64,000 nt of DNA, taken from the NCBI GenBank assembly GCA_964035545.1, contig OZ037772.1:11406818-11470817 (forward strand). The letters are read 5' to 3'. The notes beneath the pieces are model-generated. The model was not told where the DNA came from. It did no database searches and saw only the letters and a list, made by a program, of their open reading frames with translations. The stretch is from Bugula neritina. Lineage: Eukaryota; Animalia; Bryozoa. This document shows positions 12,101 through 23,988 of this stretch, one piece after another. A program made the position numbers and the translations under genes. Position 1 is the first letter of the stretch; the number at the start of each line of letters is the position of its first letter.

Positions 12101-15100
12101 TGTTGTGTTGGTGAGTTACTATTACTGCTGTCTCTGCCGCTGTTACTACTGCTGCCGTTACTTCTGCTGCTGCTGCTGTTTTTACCTCCTTTATGTTATA
12201 TACATATTATCAACATTAACATACTTGTGGTGTTGTTTAGTCTGAGCTCGAGGACTGTTCTGGTAATAACGGGGACGCAATAGACGCCCTCCTCAGCGAC
12301 AAGTATGCAGCAGATCAGATGAATTGCCGTCTGTATGATATCAGTGGAGGGCAGGTAACTCCTAACTTGTAGAATCTCAGTCTAGTGTTTTCATTAGGGG
12401 GGGGGGAGGGGCTAATTGGCGAGTTATAAGAGTTGGAAATTTTTATTGGGAGTTATAGCAGATTTAATTTAGTAGAAGAGATGTTTATAGTAGAGTAGTA
12501 ACTTTGTGTGTTGTACTTTTCACTGTCACCTTAGTTGCTGTGCACATGTGACCTCCCTGAAGGTTATGTAACTCTACCCTGTTTCCTGTTATCAAGGTGG
12601 TGACGGATCCCCTTCTCAAAGGCTCACAGCTCCTCACTGACTCCATCACCAGGCAGTGCTGTCAACTAGTTCATTTGGCATCCAAGATCCGTACGTTGAG
12701 TAAGTAAGTAGATACAACTAACCTAGTCCGAGTTTCCCACCAGTCTGTACGGGTCTCTGTGTTGACCAGCCTATAATATGTCTGTCTGCTTGTAGGGAAA
12801 GTGCCACATACGAAGATGTGGATGGCGAGCTGCAGTCACTGATACTGGATCATCTGCAGGAGTTTGAGGAGAGGAAGTGTCTTCTGCAGATTACCATGAG
12901 GCAACATGGCGTACACATTCGTGACCTCGCACCAGTACAAATATGGCCGCATCTCTGCCGTTATGTCATGTGCGAGCGAGAGAGGAAGGAACAGGAAGCA
13001 GAAAGCCGAGCCGAACCTCAGCCCGAGCAGCAATGCGTCAACTACAACGCAGCTGTTTGTGGCTGCTGCGGATCTGGTGGTGGTGGTCAGCCCGGCAGCG
13101 AGCAGCCCGTACAGATGTGCTGCCGCAGTCAACCGCCGCCAATTCCCACAGTGACTGTCACTCGCTGCTGTGTATGTGAGGAATCTCCCCGCACTGCGTG
13201 CACTGAAGGCATACCTGCGTGTCACGGAGCTGTCAACTGTCACAAGGTGGTTGATAGAACCTGTCAGACAGTGAAGTGCTGCAGCAGTAGAAGTCCAGTA
13301 CGCAACATGCAAACGTATATCTGTGAACACGCCCCTCTGACCTCAGCCAATCAGCAGGCTTCTAAGTGCTCCAAGTCGTCACTTCTCACTGTCTCACCTC
13401 TTCATTCTGTAAACATCTCTCCTACATCTCGCAGGCATCTCTGTAGCTCGTCTAGCTCCGCCTACCCGCCATCTTCCTGTCCTTCACCTTGTCCTCTGTC
13501 ACAAACTGTCTGTCAGGAGTCGTCTGCACATAACGGCAGTTGCAGTTCATCTGCAGAATCTCCCAACTGTCTAGACTACACGGAGCACTTGTGTGACCGG
13601 AACAGACACTTCTACAAACCCTGAAACTTTTCTCTTGTTGAGTTCTGAGTCTTCAGATGTTCTCTTGTCTATGAATAAAGTCTTGTTTTATTTTCAAAGC
13701 TGTCTCTGTTTTTGTAAAACAAAACTCTGACTCTCATCTTTATTATCGGCCATTTATTTTGTCAAGCTGAAAAACTCTCTCCTTTTCACTAAGAAATTTG
13801 CATTACTCTCCCCATCAGGCCTCAGGGAGATAATGTTTTACAGAGGTTTTCTGGAGCTTCCTAAAAGTTTTTATAGAAAGTCATTTTTACATTTGGAGTA
13901 TAAATAACTGAACTTTGGTTTTGAGTGCCGCTATTTTCTAACAAATCCTAACGCAAATATGACTATGTATGAGACTGTTGAGTGTAATGAGTGTCTGGTA
14001 TGGAATGAGAGTACAAGATATCCCGTGTATCAGAGTATTAGCATATTTCTATATATTTTATTCATTTAGATTTACTGTAATACATGTACTGTTTATATTA
14101 TGTAACATGTTATCTGCAACACTGTGACACAATCAACTAGTAGGACATCACACTAGAGCAAGACTGTTTCTCTGTATACTGGTTGTTCTCAAGACATGTG
14201 AAGATTTAGTAACACTGGCTCTAGTTAAAAAGCAAGCAACTGAATAATAACTTGAGGCTAATTAATTGTGCAATAACTGTTTAACTGGTAGTATAATCCT
14301 CACAGACTATTTATTACCAAGGTACATGTATGGAGGGTTTTGTGATTGAAATATGTATATCATTATGATTTCTTCACAGATGAATTCAGCCATACTTGAA
14401 TGCTGTGCAGAATGTAGTTGGTATCCTGTCACATGACGTAACGTTTTGTTGCAGACGGCTGACTGAAATAGAGAAGATGCTGACGGATGCAGAAGACAGA
14501 CAGCGACAGATCACTGATCAGGCTACGAGTGACAGTCACTCAAAGACTCATCAGATTCACCAGCTCAAGTCTGAGCAGCAGGAACTCAGAGTGAGTATTA
14601 TCAAACTCAGAGTGAGTATTATCAAACTCACAGTGAGTATTATCAAACTCACAGTGAGTATTATCAAACTCACAGTGAGTATTATCAAACTCACAGTGAG
14701 TATTATCAAACTCAGAGTGAGTATTATCAAACTCAGAGTGAGTATTATCAAACTCAGAGTGAGTAATATCAAATGAAATTCAAAATGTTATCAGACGTAT
14801 TAAAAAATTGCTATGTTTTTTTATCTGCTACCAAAACGCTGTCGTAAGAATTAGTTATTACGGGGATATATTATATATTATAATATTATTATATTATATT
14901 ATATATTATGGGCCTCTGATTAGAGATGTTGGTTCTAATTAGTTTATCAGCTGTAAATGTATTGTTGCTATATGCTTAGACGTCCCTTCTCAATGCTTAT
15001 ACATGTCTACTCAGTATTTATACATGTTACGCCTATTTACAGACACAGATACTCACTATTGAAGGAAAATGCAGTAGTTTAGAGGCTGAGTGCCGGGCTC

Positions 15101-18100
15101 TAGAGTCAAGTAAGCGAGATCTGGAGAAGTCATTGCGGGAATGCAAAGCAAAGTCAGAACGGTTAGTGCTTGGCGATAACGAGTTTACCATAACATGATA
15201 TAATATTAAAGTATATGATATGATGTAATATGATGTTATATAATATGAGATAATTAATGGGATGTAATATGATACAATATTATTCGATATATTATGATAT
15301 GATATATTAGTATATAATATAATATATGATATATTAGTATATAATATAATATGATATGATATATTAGTATATAATATGATATAATAGGATCTAATATATT
15401 ATGATATGATATACGATATAAAATGAGATATGGGAATCATCGTATTATGCTAGCTCATTCTAATTTATGTTCTCATAAACTCTCACTGTAACGTTATACT
15501 CTGTCTATTTCCTGTTACAGAAGTGAGCAGGAAGCTGACGTGCTGACCAGACGTCTAGCTGAGACGTCTGCATCTCTAGACAGAGTGAAGATGGAGAGCT
15601 CATTGGAGATAGAAAAGGTAGCTGTGTTTCTATGATTACGTGTCTTTGGTATTCTCTAGGATATGATGATGTTGTATGACTGCTTGTTAATTAGCAGCAA
15701 GTGTCAGCAAGTGTCAGCAGGTGTCAGCTGCATTCAATTTGTTAAAGAAATCAGTTTTTCTTTTATTCCTTATTTAAAATATTAAATACTGAATTTCTTA
15801 AAAAAAATTCTGAGTTTGATATTGGGATTTGAGTATGGAATATTGATCAGTGTATTCCAGTAATGTAGGGAGATTCTGGTGCTCCTGGATGTTAGAGTTT
15901 ATTTGCTGTCTCAACAATGCTGCCAATTAAACTAAACTAGAAAACGAATCAGGAGTTAAAATAAGCAACTAGAATTGATATGTTGTTAATATTTTGGAGT
16001 TGTGTCCACCTGCTGCACTGATTACTGCTAGACTGTGTTTCCACGTATCATACTGCTATACATTCCCTTCCTAGTATTCCAATGTATCATGTTTAGGGAG
16101 ACAACTCCTACTCGGTAATAGTGTTCCCTAGTTTTCCTTCTTAGGTCACTTGTTGTCTGTTTAGATTGATACTTTCACGTTTATTTAGATGTTTCTCCCT
16201 TCTGTGATATCCATGCAGTCTGGCATCATAGTTAAATTATATTTACCGGTATTTGTAATTTCAGATTCTGTGTACTAAAATTTTGTGAATATTTTAAGTT
16301 GGTAATAATATTTATAATATAATATAATATATATGAAATAATATTTTCTCTTAACTTGTTTCGGAACTGTGAAATTTTGATTTAAATTGAATGATGCCAG
16401 ATTATTTATCAGCTTTTTAACTGCCATGTTTGTCGTGTCCTTCACCTTAGCCTTCTAGCCAGTGTTTTCTAACTTTCACCGTGTGCTGTTGCTATATCTA
16501 ACTGTAGGTTAGGCAGAGGCTAGAAGATAGGCTGGGGGAGCTAGAGCCCCTTCCCGAGTTGTTGAAATCCACAGAACTAAAACTACATAGCACTAGTGAG
16601 AGATTAGTTAGTTGTGAGAGGGAGAGAGAGGATAAGACGCAGAGCTGTGCTGACCTGTCTGCTAAGGTACTGCTGAGACGGGGGGGCAGGGAGTGTAGAG
16701 GGGGTGTGTTTAGAGGGGGACAGGGAGTGTAGAGGAGGTGGAAATAGGAAATGTGCGTGTAGAGTGCTGGGAAGGTAGGGGCTGAGTTTATTTACATAAA
16801 GTTCCAAGTCTACATCTATGTGCAATGTGATTTGTACTATTAGTTGATGGTAGGGTATGGTTTATCATCAAACTGGATCAAATAAACAAGTATTTTGGGT
16901 CGAAAATTTTCTGTTTATAAATTAAATTTTCTAAATTAGCGCTTTAAATTACAACTTTCGTTAACCTTTTCTGTTTATTGTTAACTGTTACCTGAGTTTC
17001 TGGACAGCTAAATAGAAATAATAACTCAGTGCATACTCTCCAGCTGACAGTGAACTAAACTACCATGTCACATGACTAGTGTCCTGGTATATAGTCTTCT
17101 GCAGCTACAAAGCTTATGTAATGTCCATAGTCACAGTTCATGTGGAAACATAACACAATGTGGGGGGGGTGTTAAGCACCACGTTGACAACTCTAGCCTC
17201 TACTTGACACATGGTTATAATGTTGATGTGGTTTCACTCCTCTAAACTACTAGCGTCGTTGTGTCAGCTTTTCCATTTACTAACATTTCTAAAATTTCTG
17301 CCAGGTTCTCAAGCTATAACAGCCTCGTTTTGAGCAGTTCCTTAATAGGTCAATTATATATTTTCACCTAATCATGATTTTATCAGCTATTTCCCTTGCC
17401 TTGTAAATTACTTACTGTTGGAATATAAAGTTACGCTATATTCAGAGTTGTCTTCTCGTGTAATTATTTCTACGTTATATGAGTTCCACTATTAACAATT
17501 TTTTACTATCCATATTTGAATCATGACCTCTACTTATCAACTTGACCTCTACTATATATTTGAATATGAACTGCACAGGTTGAGAGAGAGAGGTCAGAGT
17601 GTGAGATGTGGAAGGAGAGATACAAGACACTGGAGACGTCTATACAAGCTAAAGTAGAGGCTCTGGAGAGGTGGGTGCTGTGTGTTCACATAGACTACTC
17701 AACTCTACTCATCTATATTCTATTCTATTAACATCAGATTTCTGCTGCTGTGAATATATTGTTTAAAGAGAGAGTTAAATGGCGAATTCTTCTAGTGCTG
17801 TGAATGGTTATTCATAATGTGATTTTTGCTAACTTTTCATAAATATGTGTTCAGATATTTTCATATAAACAACCTATGAAATGGGGACTCTCATATTCAA
17901 TGGAAGTCTGATAATTTATGTTATCCACCTGCACTCTGAACTACTCTGCTTGTTACTGAACATGTAACTATTACTAGGCAGTTTTAGGGGAAAGTATTGT
18001 ACTCACAAAATTTATACATGCTATATTATAAATAGTGGAGTATTTTTATATTATAACTCTAGCAATAAAGGGGTTTGTATCCTCACTATATCCAGTTACT

Positions 18101-21100
18101 AGACTACCGAGAAGAAGGGAGCTCTAGATTTTACACCCAACTCCTAGCAATGTTTCTCAGGCTAACATATCATGGTATTCTGAGTTGTTCTATAAGCAGC
18201 TCGGAGTTAGGAGTGACTGAGTGCAATAGTCTAGGTTTCTTAAGTTTAACTTCAAACTTGAGAATCCTAGACTACTGTACTCAGTCACCCCCAACTTGGA
18301 GCTGCTTATAGAACAACTCTGGTATTTTACACACACTATCACCAGCATGTTAGTGATTACATAATCACATGTGTTGATGCTGATTACATAATCACATGTG
18401 TTGATGATTCTAGTGCGGCAGTTGATCTGGGCCATAGCCTGTTCTCCATGCCTATTGGACAGTAAGTTGCTGCAGCTCTCCTCTGCTTCCTGTCGGGTTC
18501 GGACAAACTGCATCCTGTTTCCTGATTTAATATGCATGTTCTACTTTTTTATTTTCCTTGTCAGTCATTTGGGAGCTGGTGATATTATGTTTAGGGAGAA
18601 GGGCGTTAGCTGGTATCAGTTCAGAGGGTGTTGGTGTGAGACGGTAAATGTGGTATTCTGGGTTTATGTTTCATGATGAGTGTATATATACATACATATA
18701 CTTTGTATAGCTTACTACTAAAAGAGCTCATTGTATAAACAGAAAATAATATGGAATAATGTGAAGTGTTACAATAAGATTTAATTAAAATATTTTATTT
18801 ATAGTAGTTTCATGTATGATTACGAAATCATCAGTTAAAACTAACCACGCATGAAACTATTAGTGATAAAATATTTTCTAACAAAATTTTATTTTGGTAA
18901 TTGATATTATTCTATAGCCACATGCACAGTGCAATGTACACAGTACAATCTACACAGTGCAATGTACACAATGCAATGTACAGGTACAATGTACAGGTGC
19001 AATGTTTACATATGGCTGACTTGCTCTGCTTACTCATTGGATGAATTTTATTGGTTTACAATCTGCTGTCCTTGATTTGTTAATTTTGCTTTTATATTTA
19101 TCAGTAAATAATTTGTTTCAAGCAATAATCCAATAAATGCTATAAAATATGAGAAGTTATTAATTTTGCAGGGCTGACAATTAATCACTAATAATTTTGC
19201 TATTCATGAATATATTTCACTGACAGATAAATTGTTTTATTTAAATGGCATGTTCTGATTTCATGAAATTCTGTTAAAACCTTCAGTTTAATGACATTTG
19301 CATGCAAGTGCTTGTCATTCGAATCATAGCTAAGCAACTCACAGCAATGTATAATATTTGCTTATCAATATTAAGTTTATTGCATGTGCTGAAACTCGAT
19401 ACTAACTCATCATCACCACTATTTCCTGTTTATATATATCCGTCATTTTCTCAGCCAATCAGTAATGTATCTCAGGCCTATAACTCTCACATGAACCTGG
19501 TTATAATATTTATTGCTTTGAAAATACAGTTTTAATAAAACTTAGCAGAGTCAGCTAGAATTGTTCTATCTTATTCATTCAACTTCTTCTGGTTACAGTG
19601 TAATGGCCAAACTAGTTTAAATATTGCTAATTAAAAAAAGTCAAATATGTCGTGGAAAAGTGTAGCTAAAGCCTCACTCTCCGGTTCAGAGGTCACTCTC
19701 TCTGATGCAGCTGTTTTTGGAACTGCTTTTTGAGCTAGTTTAACTAATACGATTTCAAGGGAACAAATATTTTATGGAAAAAATTAGCTAAAGTTTGGCT
19801 TTATTAGATACAGACATTGTTCTCTCTGGTTCTCTCTGACGCAGACGAAACTGCTTCTTGTTCTGAAATTGAGTTTGTTTTGCAGACGTTTGAAGGAGGC
19901 CGAGACGAAGAACACGGAGCTGATGATAAGTCTGTCACACAAGGAGGAGGCGCTGACGAAGGCCAACTACAAGTTGGAGGAGAGGTGCACAGAGAACTCC
20001 AACCTCGCTCGGCAGCTGGAGAACTCTCTCGCTGACTCTCGGCGTCTCACTGAAGATGCCAGAGAGAAGTCAGCATACAAAGTATGTCAAGAGTAATTGA
20101 CACATGATGTCAGTAGTTGACACGTGGTGACAGTAGTTGACACATGGTGACAGTAGTTGACATGTGGTGACAGTAGTTCACACGAGTTGACACATTGACA
20201 CTAGTTGATACGAGTTGGCAATATTGACACTAGCTGACAGGTATTTGATAGGTTTGCAATAGTTGACAGGTTGTTGACAGATGACACTGCTTGACACCCC
20301 CGTTTGTAGGTTGACAGTATATGAAAGTATTTGGCACTAGTTGGCAACAGCTAGCTATAGTTGACATGAATTGACAAAAGTTGATAGGTAGCTGACAGTA
20401 ATTGACAGTAGTAGACAGGCTGATACTAGTTGACAAAGTTGGCAATAGTTGACAGGTAGTTGATGGTAGTTGACATACAATGGTTACACTTTAACACTCA
20501 CAACTGTCCATGATTTCCTGCTACGTACTAAGTTGCTACAAATTTCACACTAGTCTAGTTGTATGTTGTTTGTAGGAACGTGCTCTTCAAGATAGACTGA
20601 GAGACCTAGATGAACAACTCTCTACAAGTAGGGCCGAAGCTGCTAAGGCCCGAAGAGAGAAAGAAGAAGTTGAAAGAAAGTTCAACTCTAAGATATACGA
20701 CTTGAAGGTATACCTTGCCTCATCATGGTGATTGCGTCACTTTCTAATCAGCTCACCTTTCTCACTATAAACTCTGTAGCTATTCAATAAACAACAATCA
20801 CAAGAGTTCACAGTTGTCATGCCTGTGATAACCGCTGGTGGAAAGGATTGTTTTAAAGCAGGCTAAGGTCATCCAGTTATAATTGCTCTTTTGATATAAT
20901 AGAAAACAAGTGCTAACCCATCATAGATGGCGACTATAACCTGACCATGCCCTCTACTAGATACCAGCTTATTTCCACTGTTTGTGTCTGGTTAACAGGG
21001 TTGGGATAATTGTAGTTGGTTGTAATTAATTAAATTTTTCAAGTAATTGAATGCAATTTGTAGTTGATGTATAAAATTGTAATTGAATACATTGCTTATT

Positions 21101-21443
21101 AACTGTAATTATTATTGCAATTGACAAATTTTCATGTAATTGTAATTAATTACATTCATATGTAATTAACCCCAACCTTGCTGCGTAATCACATTTAGAT
21201 ATTTAAACTTGCCATACAGCTGTAGAGGTCATTGTCAAACTACATTTTTTTATTTATTTGCTGCAGGACCGACTGGAGCAGTCACATGCTACAAACAGGA
21301 GCATGCAGAATTACGTTCAGTTCCTGAAGTCATCATACGCTAGTGTTATGGGAGACGTCAGTACCACGTCCCCTATCAGCCCAGTCAGAGCTAGTAGCAC
21401 ACTCAGGGAGGGCGCCTCTTCATTCAGACAGCCTCAGTTCTAA
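140..21443 (+). CDS. ODF2: Outer dense fiber protein 2 / cenexin (centriole appendage and sperm-tail coiled-coil protein), 17 coding exons, about 840 aa
   Basis: Exons with GT-AG boundaries and consistent phase: 140-250, 908-1048, 1526-1717, 1971-2119, 2871-2976, 3383-3469, 4315-4479, 4842-5125, 5736-5915, 14455-14590, 15043-15161, 15521-15617, 16508-16666, 17579-17670, 19886-20081, 20576-20707, 21267-21443 (2523 nt). Recalled ODF2 motifs appear in order: PVHVHVDEETPVHVHV, PWVP, KLIETEMDG, FEETNRALR, DKEALKKATR.QKQRA.KSE, LPELLKSTELKL, KDRLEQSHATNRSMQNYVQFLKSSYA. An acceptor at 80-81 suggests a 5' UTR exon outside the window. Confidence 0.95.
1830..1957. repeat. Intronic minisatellite, about 26-bp unit (AGTAAGTTATCACAGAATTAGGGCAA), about 5 copies, ending just before the ODF2 exon 4 acceptor
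   Basis: Repeated GTAAGTTATCACAGAA cores visible at 1838-1957. Confidence 0.8.
3500..3738. repeat. Intronic minisatellite, about 26-bp unit (CTCAGAGTTCTAGTAGCTCCGCCCC), about 9 copies
   Basis: Direct tandem copies just after ODF2 exon 6. Confidence 0.9.
5126..5480. repeat. Degenerating minisatellite (AGAGTTGTCTCCTCTAATATA core) starting at the ODF2 exon 8 donor
   Basis: Repeated AGAGTT(G/A)TCTCCTCTAAT units; they diverge more with distance from the exon. Confidence 0.8.
6050..6150 (+). promoter_or_regulatory. Putative promoter of the nested gene: inverted CCAAT, forkhead-like TAAACA, two RFX X-box-like motifs, CRE half-site
   Basis: ATTGG 6052-6056, ATAAACAA 6091-6098, GTTATGCAGTGAC 6111-6123, GTTCCTCGCAAC 6136-6147, TGACGT about 6120. 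Local CpG enrichment 75-170 bp upstream of ATG 6225. Motif matches only. Confidence 0.45.
6225..13624 (+). CDS. Uncharacterised nested gene in ODF2 intron 9, 12 exons, about 1620 aa: short N-terminal coiled coil, long Ser/Thr/Arg-rich disordered region, helical segment, Cys-rich C-terminus
   Basis: Exons 6225-6234, 6413-6573, 6789-6913, 7078-8094, 8289-8500, 8789-9641, 10257-10386, 10671-11899 (probable GC donor), 12035-12110, 12241-12354, 12597-12703, 12796-13624. All are phase-compatible, 4863 nt total, no internal stop. In-frame stop at 6186 upstream of the ATG; AATAAA at 13674-13679. The 10-nt first coding exon is the least certain part. Confidence 0.8.
13674..13679 (+). terminator. Polyadenylation signal of the nested gene
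   Basis: AATAAA 50 nt after the stop at 13624, followed by T/GT-rich sequence. Confidence 0.7.
14585..14773 (+). repeat. 21-bp minisatellite (CTCA(G/C)AGTGAGTATTATCAAA) x9 containing the ODF2 exon 10 splice donor
   Basis: GTGAGT at 14591, 14612, 14633, 14654, 14675, 14696, 14717, 14738, 14759; in-frame translation VSIIKL(R/T). Confidence 0.95.
18182..18319. repeat. Long imperfect palindrome (about 65-bp arms, very short loop); MITE-like or hairpin RNA
   Basis: GAGTTGTTCTATAAGCAGCTC...GAGCTGCTTATAGAACAACTC with inner pairs GTGACTGAGT/ACTCAGTCAC and TAGTCTAGG/CCTAGACTA. Confidence 0.85.
18787..18877. repeat. Short inverted-repeat element (MITE remnant)
   Basis: AAAATATTTTATT..AGTAGTTTCATG versus CATGAAACTATT..GATAAAATATTTT. 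Confidence 0.55.
20095..20480. repeat. Degenerate AGTTGACA-core minisatellite after ODF2 exon 15
   Basis: Many (GT)AGTTGACA motifs at about 10/20-bp spacing. Confidence 0.8.
20996..21180. mobile_element. hAT-type MITE, 185 bp
   Basis: TIRs CAGGGTTGGG / CCCAACCTTG; decayed 8-bp TSD CTGGTTAA versus CTGCGTAA (6/8); internal GTAATT repeats. Confidence 0.7.
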
Positions 21444-22659
21444 CTGTGCAATAGCCTTGGTCTCCCGTCAGGGTTATCAGCCAATCAAATTGCGTTTTAG
21501 TATTCAACTCCGTCCTTGATATTAAAAATTATGATGCATTGTGTAGTTTGTACTGTAGTTTTATATCAATATGTTGTTAGGCAATAATATATTTGGACAT
21601 AACTTATAAGTAAAAAAGTTTGAGTTGTCTTCCCCTGTTCATTCTATAACTTGCACGTGTGCTACAGCTACTATACTTCTCATTTGTAACTAGTGATATA
21701 CTCTGTACTGTCCTAAAGCTACATTGTACTGTAGCTATCTGATGCTTTTCTTGTACTGTAGGAATCCTAGTGTTTCAGCTTTCCAGTTCTTTCTTTTCCT
21801 GCAATCCTCTGGCTTATATTGTGGATTAGCAAGGTTTTTCAATTTTATACTTTGAGATTTTATTTATGATTAATAAATATTATTGGTTCTGTAAGTCACG
21901 CTCTAAAATATCTTGAAGAACTTATGTTATTACAATCAAGCATGGAAAATTCTGTAAGTAATTCTTATAAATTTTCTGCAAATCTCACTTGAAATTGGAA
22001 GTAACCTACTTATAAATATAAGTGTACAAACTAATATATATTTATACCTAAAATAAATATAATAATATATGTTACTAAAAGATTAAAACTTGATTTGAAC
22101 TATATGATTAGATACATTATTTAGATGGTTATATATAGAGCTATGTGTAAAGAAAATAGCCATCTCCTTGTTCACTGGGTTACCCCGGGCTTTGTGGTTA
22201 GGAAAGCTTAGGTTTATAGCTTGCCTACTGCTTTACTTGCTACTGTGCCTCACGCCCTCAGCCGTGTTTGCTAGTGTAGCTATTAAATGGGCTTATAATT
22301 CAATGAATAATCGGAGCTTTTTTATGTAGCTAACTGATGTATGCTAGCTTTAGTTACAGTCTTTGTGCATAATTACCTAGTTGTACCATGTTAGTATTGA
22401 AACCACAAACTAAAGTTAGAAGAAACAAACACTAGGAGGTGTTATTCCTAAATTTACTATAGAAACCAAATACTGTATTTGTTTTACTTAATTGTTTTAC
22501 ATGAAATTATAATAACATGACATGCAGAATTTTAAGCACAAATTAACACTTTTGAATGTAAATAAAATCTTCAACTTTGATTTAAGTAGTAAAGACAGAA
22601 ATATTAGAGCCCTTAGTGAACTCACAAATCATTAACTACCTCTTATAGCAAGCAACATC

Positions 22660-23988
22660 TCATTTCTGCTGAAACCTCTCTATAAATTGGGTCACCAGGG
22701 TTAAAACTGCCACTATATAAAAAACTGTTTTTTTATTAATACAATTTAAATTCAAATATTTCTTAGAGCCATAGTGTTTTTCTGGCAAGGTGCTTTCAGA
22801 TAGAGCAATATTGGTCTCACTGCCATCTGCAAGAAATATATATAATAATTATGTTATACAACACGCTATTTAATACATTATATAATATACATAAAAAGAT
22901 ATTATTATATAAAGCATTTTGTTTACAAGAAACTAAAATACAGACATACCTGGAACTGTTGAGGCTGTAGAACTTTCACTTGAGAAATCATTTTCTGATG
23001 CCATATTAGCCAGATCTTGCTCCGTAATTCTTATAACTGATAATCAAATAATTATAATATAATAATAATAAATAATACAATATAATTTATTATAATATAA
23101 TACAATAGCATATTGTTATCTCATTTAAACAAATTTTCTGCAGAATACAGGCAAATAATTGCAAACAGTAGTTTGTGTTAAAATATGGGCTAAGGAGTTA
23201 TTCAGATGGGGTACAGGAGCAATGACAGGATGCTCTTTCTAACATCACCACTGGTCCATACTCATGGGGTTCAAACAAATGACTTAGTGTTGCTCTAACC
23301 TCTAGAGTCTAGACCATGGCTGCTCTTTATAAATATAAGGATATGACATATTATATAATATAATATACACAAATTATATGGTTATCTATAGAAGAAAAGA
23401 AAATACAGACACATACCTGGAACTGTTGTGGCTGTAGAGTTTTCACTTGAGAAATCATTTTCTGATGCCATAATAGCCAGATCTTGCTCCGTAATTCTTA
23501 TAACTGACAATCAAATAATTATAATATAATAATAATAATAAATAATACAATATAATTTATTATAATATATAACATAATAACATATTTTTTTATCTAAACA
23601 AATTTTATGCAGAATACAAGCAGATTGCTGCAAACAATAGTTTATATGTTAAAATAAAATAATTCCATAAAAAAGCAACATATATAGAATATAGATTATA
23701 GACAGTTGGCATTTTCAAGGTGTTTTACTTTGAGCCAAACTGGAACATTTCATGAAACTGCAAGTTGAAATATTTGCCCTGGATTTAAACTTGACTTGAA
23801 TATGACACAATATAACACTATGTCTATAGGATATCATATGATGTAATACTGATACAATTATATAATATAAGATTATATAGAGCATTTTGTACGCACAAAA
23901 AAATACAGACACATACCTGGAACTGATGTGGCTGTAGAAATTTCTCTGGAGAAATAATTTGCTGAAGCCATGTTAGTTGAATCTTGCT
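22660..23988 (-). CDS. 3' module of the caspase locus: three paralogous Ser/Thr-rich phase-1 exons and a terminal exon with a hydrophobic tail
   Basis: Exons 23988-23917 (QDSTNMASANYFSREISTATSVP), 23503-23417 (IRITEQDLAIMASENDFSSENSTATTVP), 23036-22950 (IRITEQDLANMASENDFSSESSTASTVP) and 22826-22660 (GSETNIALSESTLPEKHYGSKKYLNLNCINKKTVFYIVAVLTLVTQFIERFQQK*). Canonical AG/GT sites, open frames. Attachment to upstream exons is inferred. Confidence 0.65.
23205..23315 (-). mobile_element. tRNA-derived SINE copy (degenerate)
   Basis: Reverse complement matches the 32750-32930 copy (ACACTAAGTC...GAACCCC...GGTGATGTTAGAAAGAGCATCC...TTGCTCCT). Confidence 0.65.

Noticed and set aside
12836-13330. Antisense 164-aa ORF and other shadow ORFs over real exons
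   Set aside because: Expected shadows of GC-richer coding exons; no independent splice structure.
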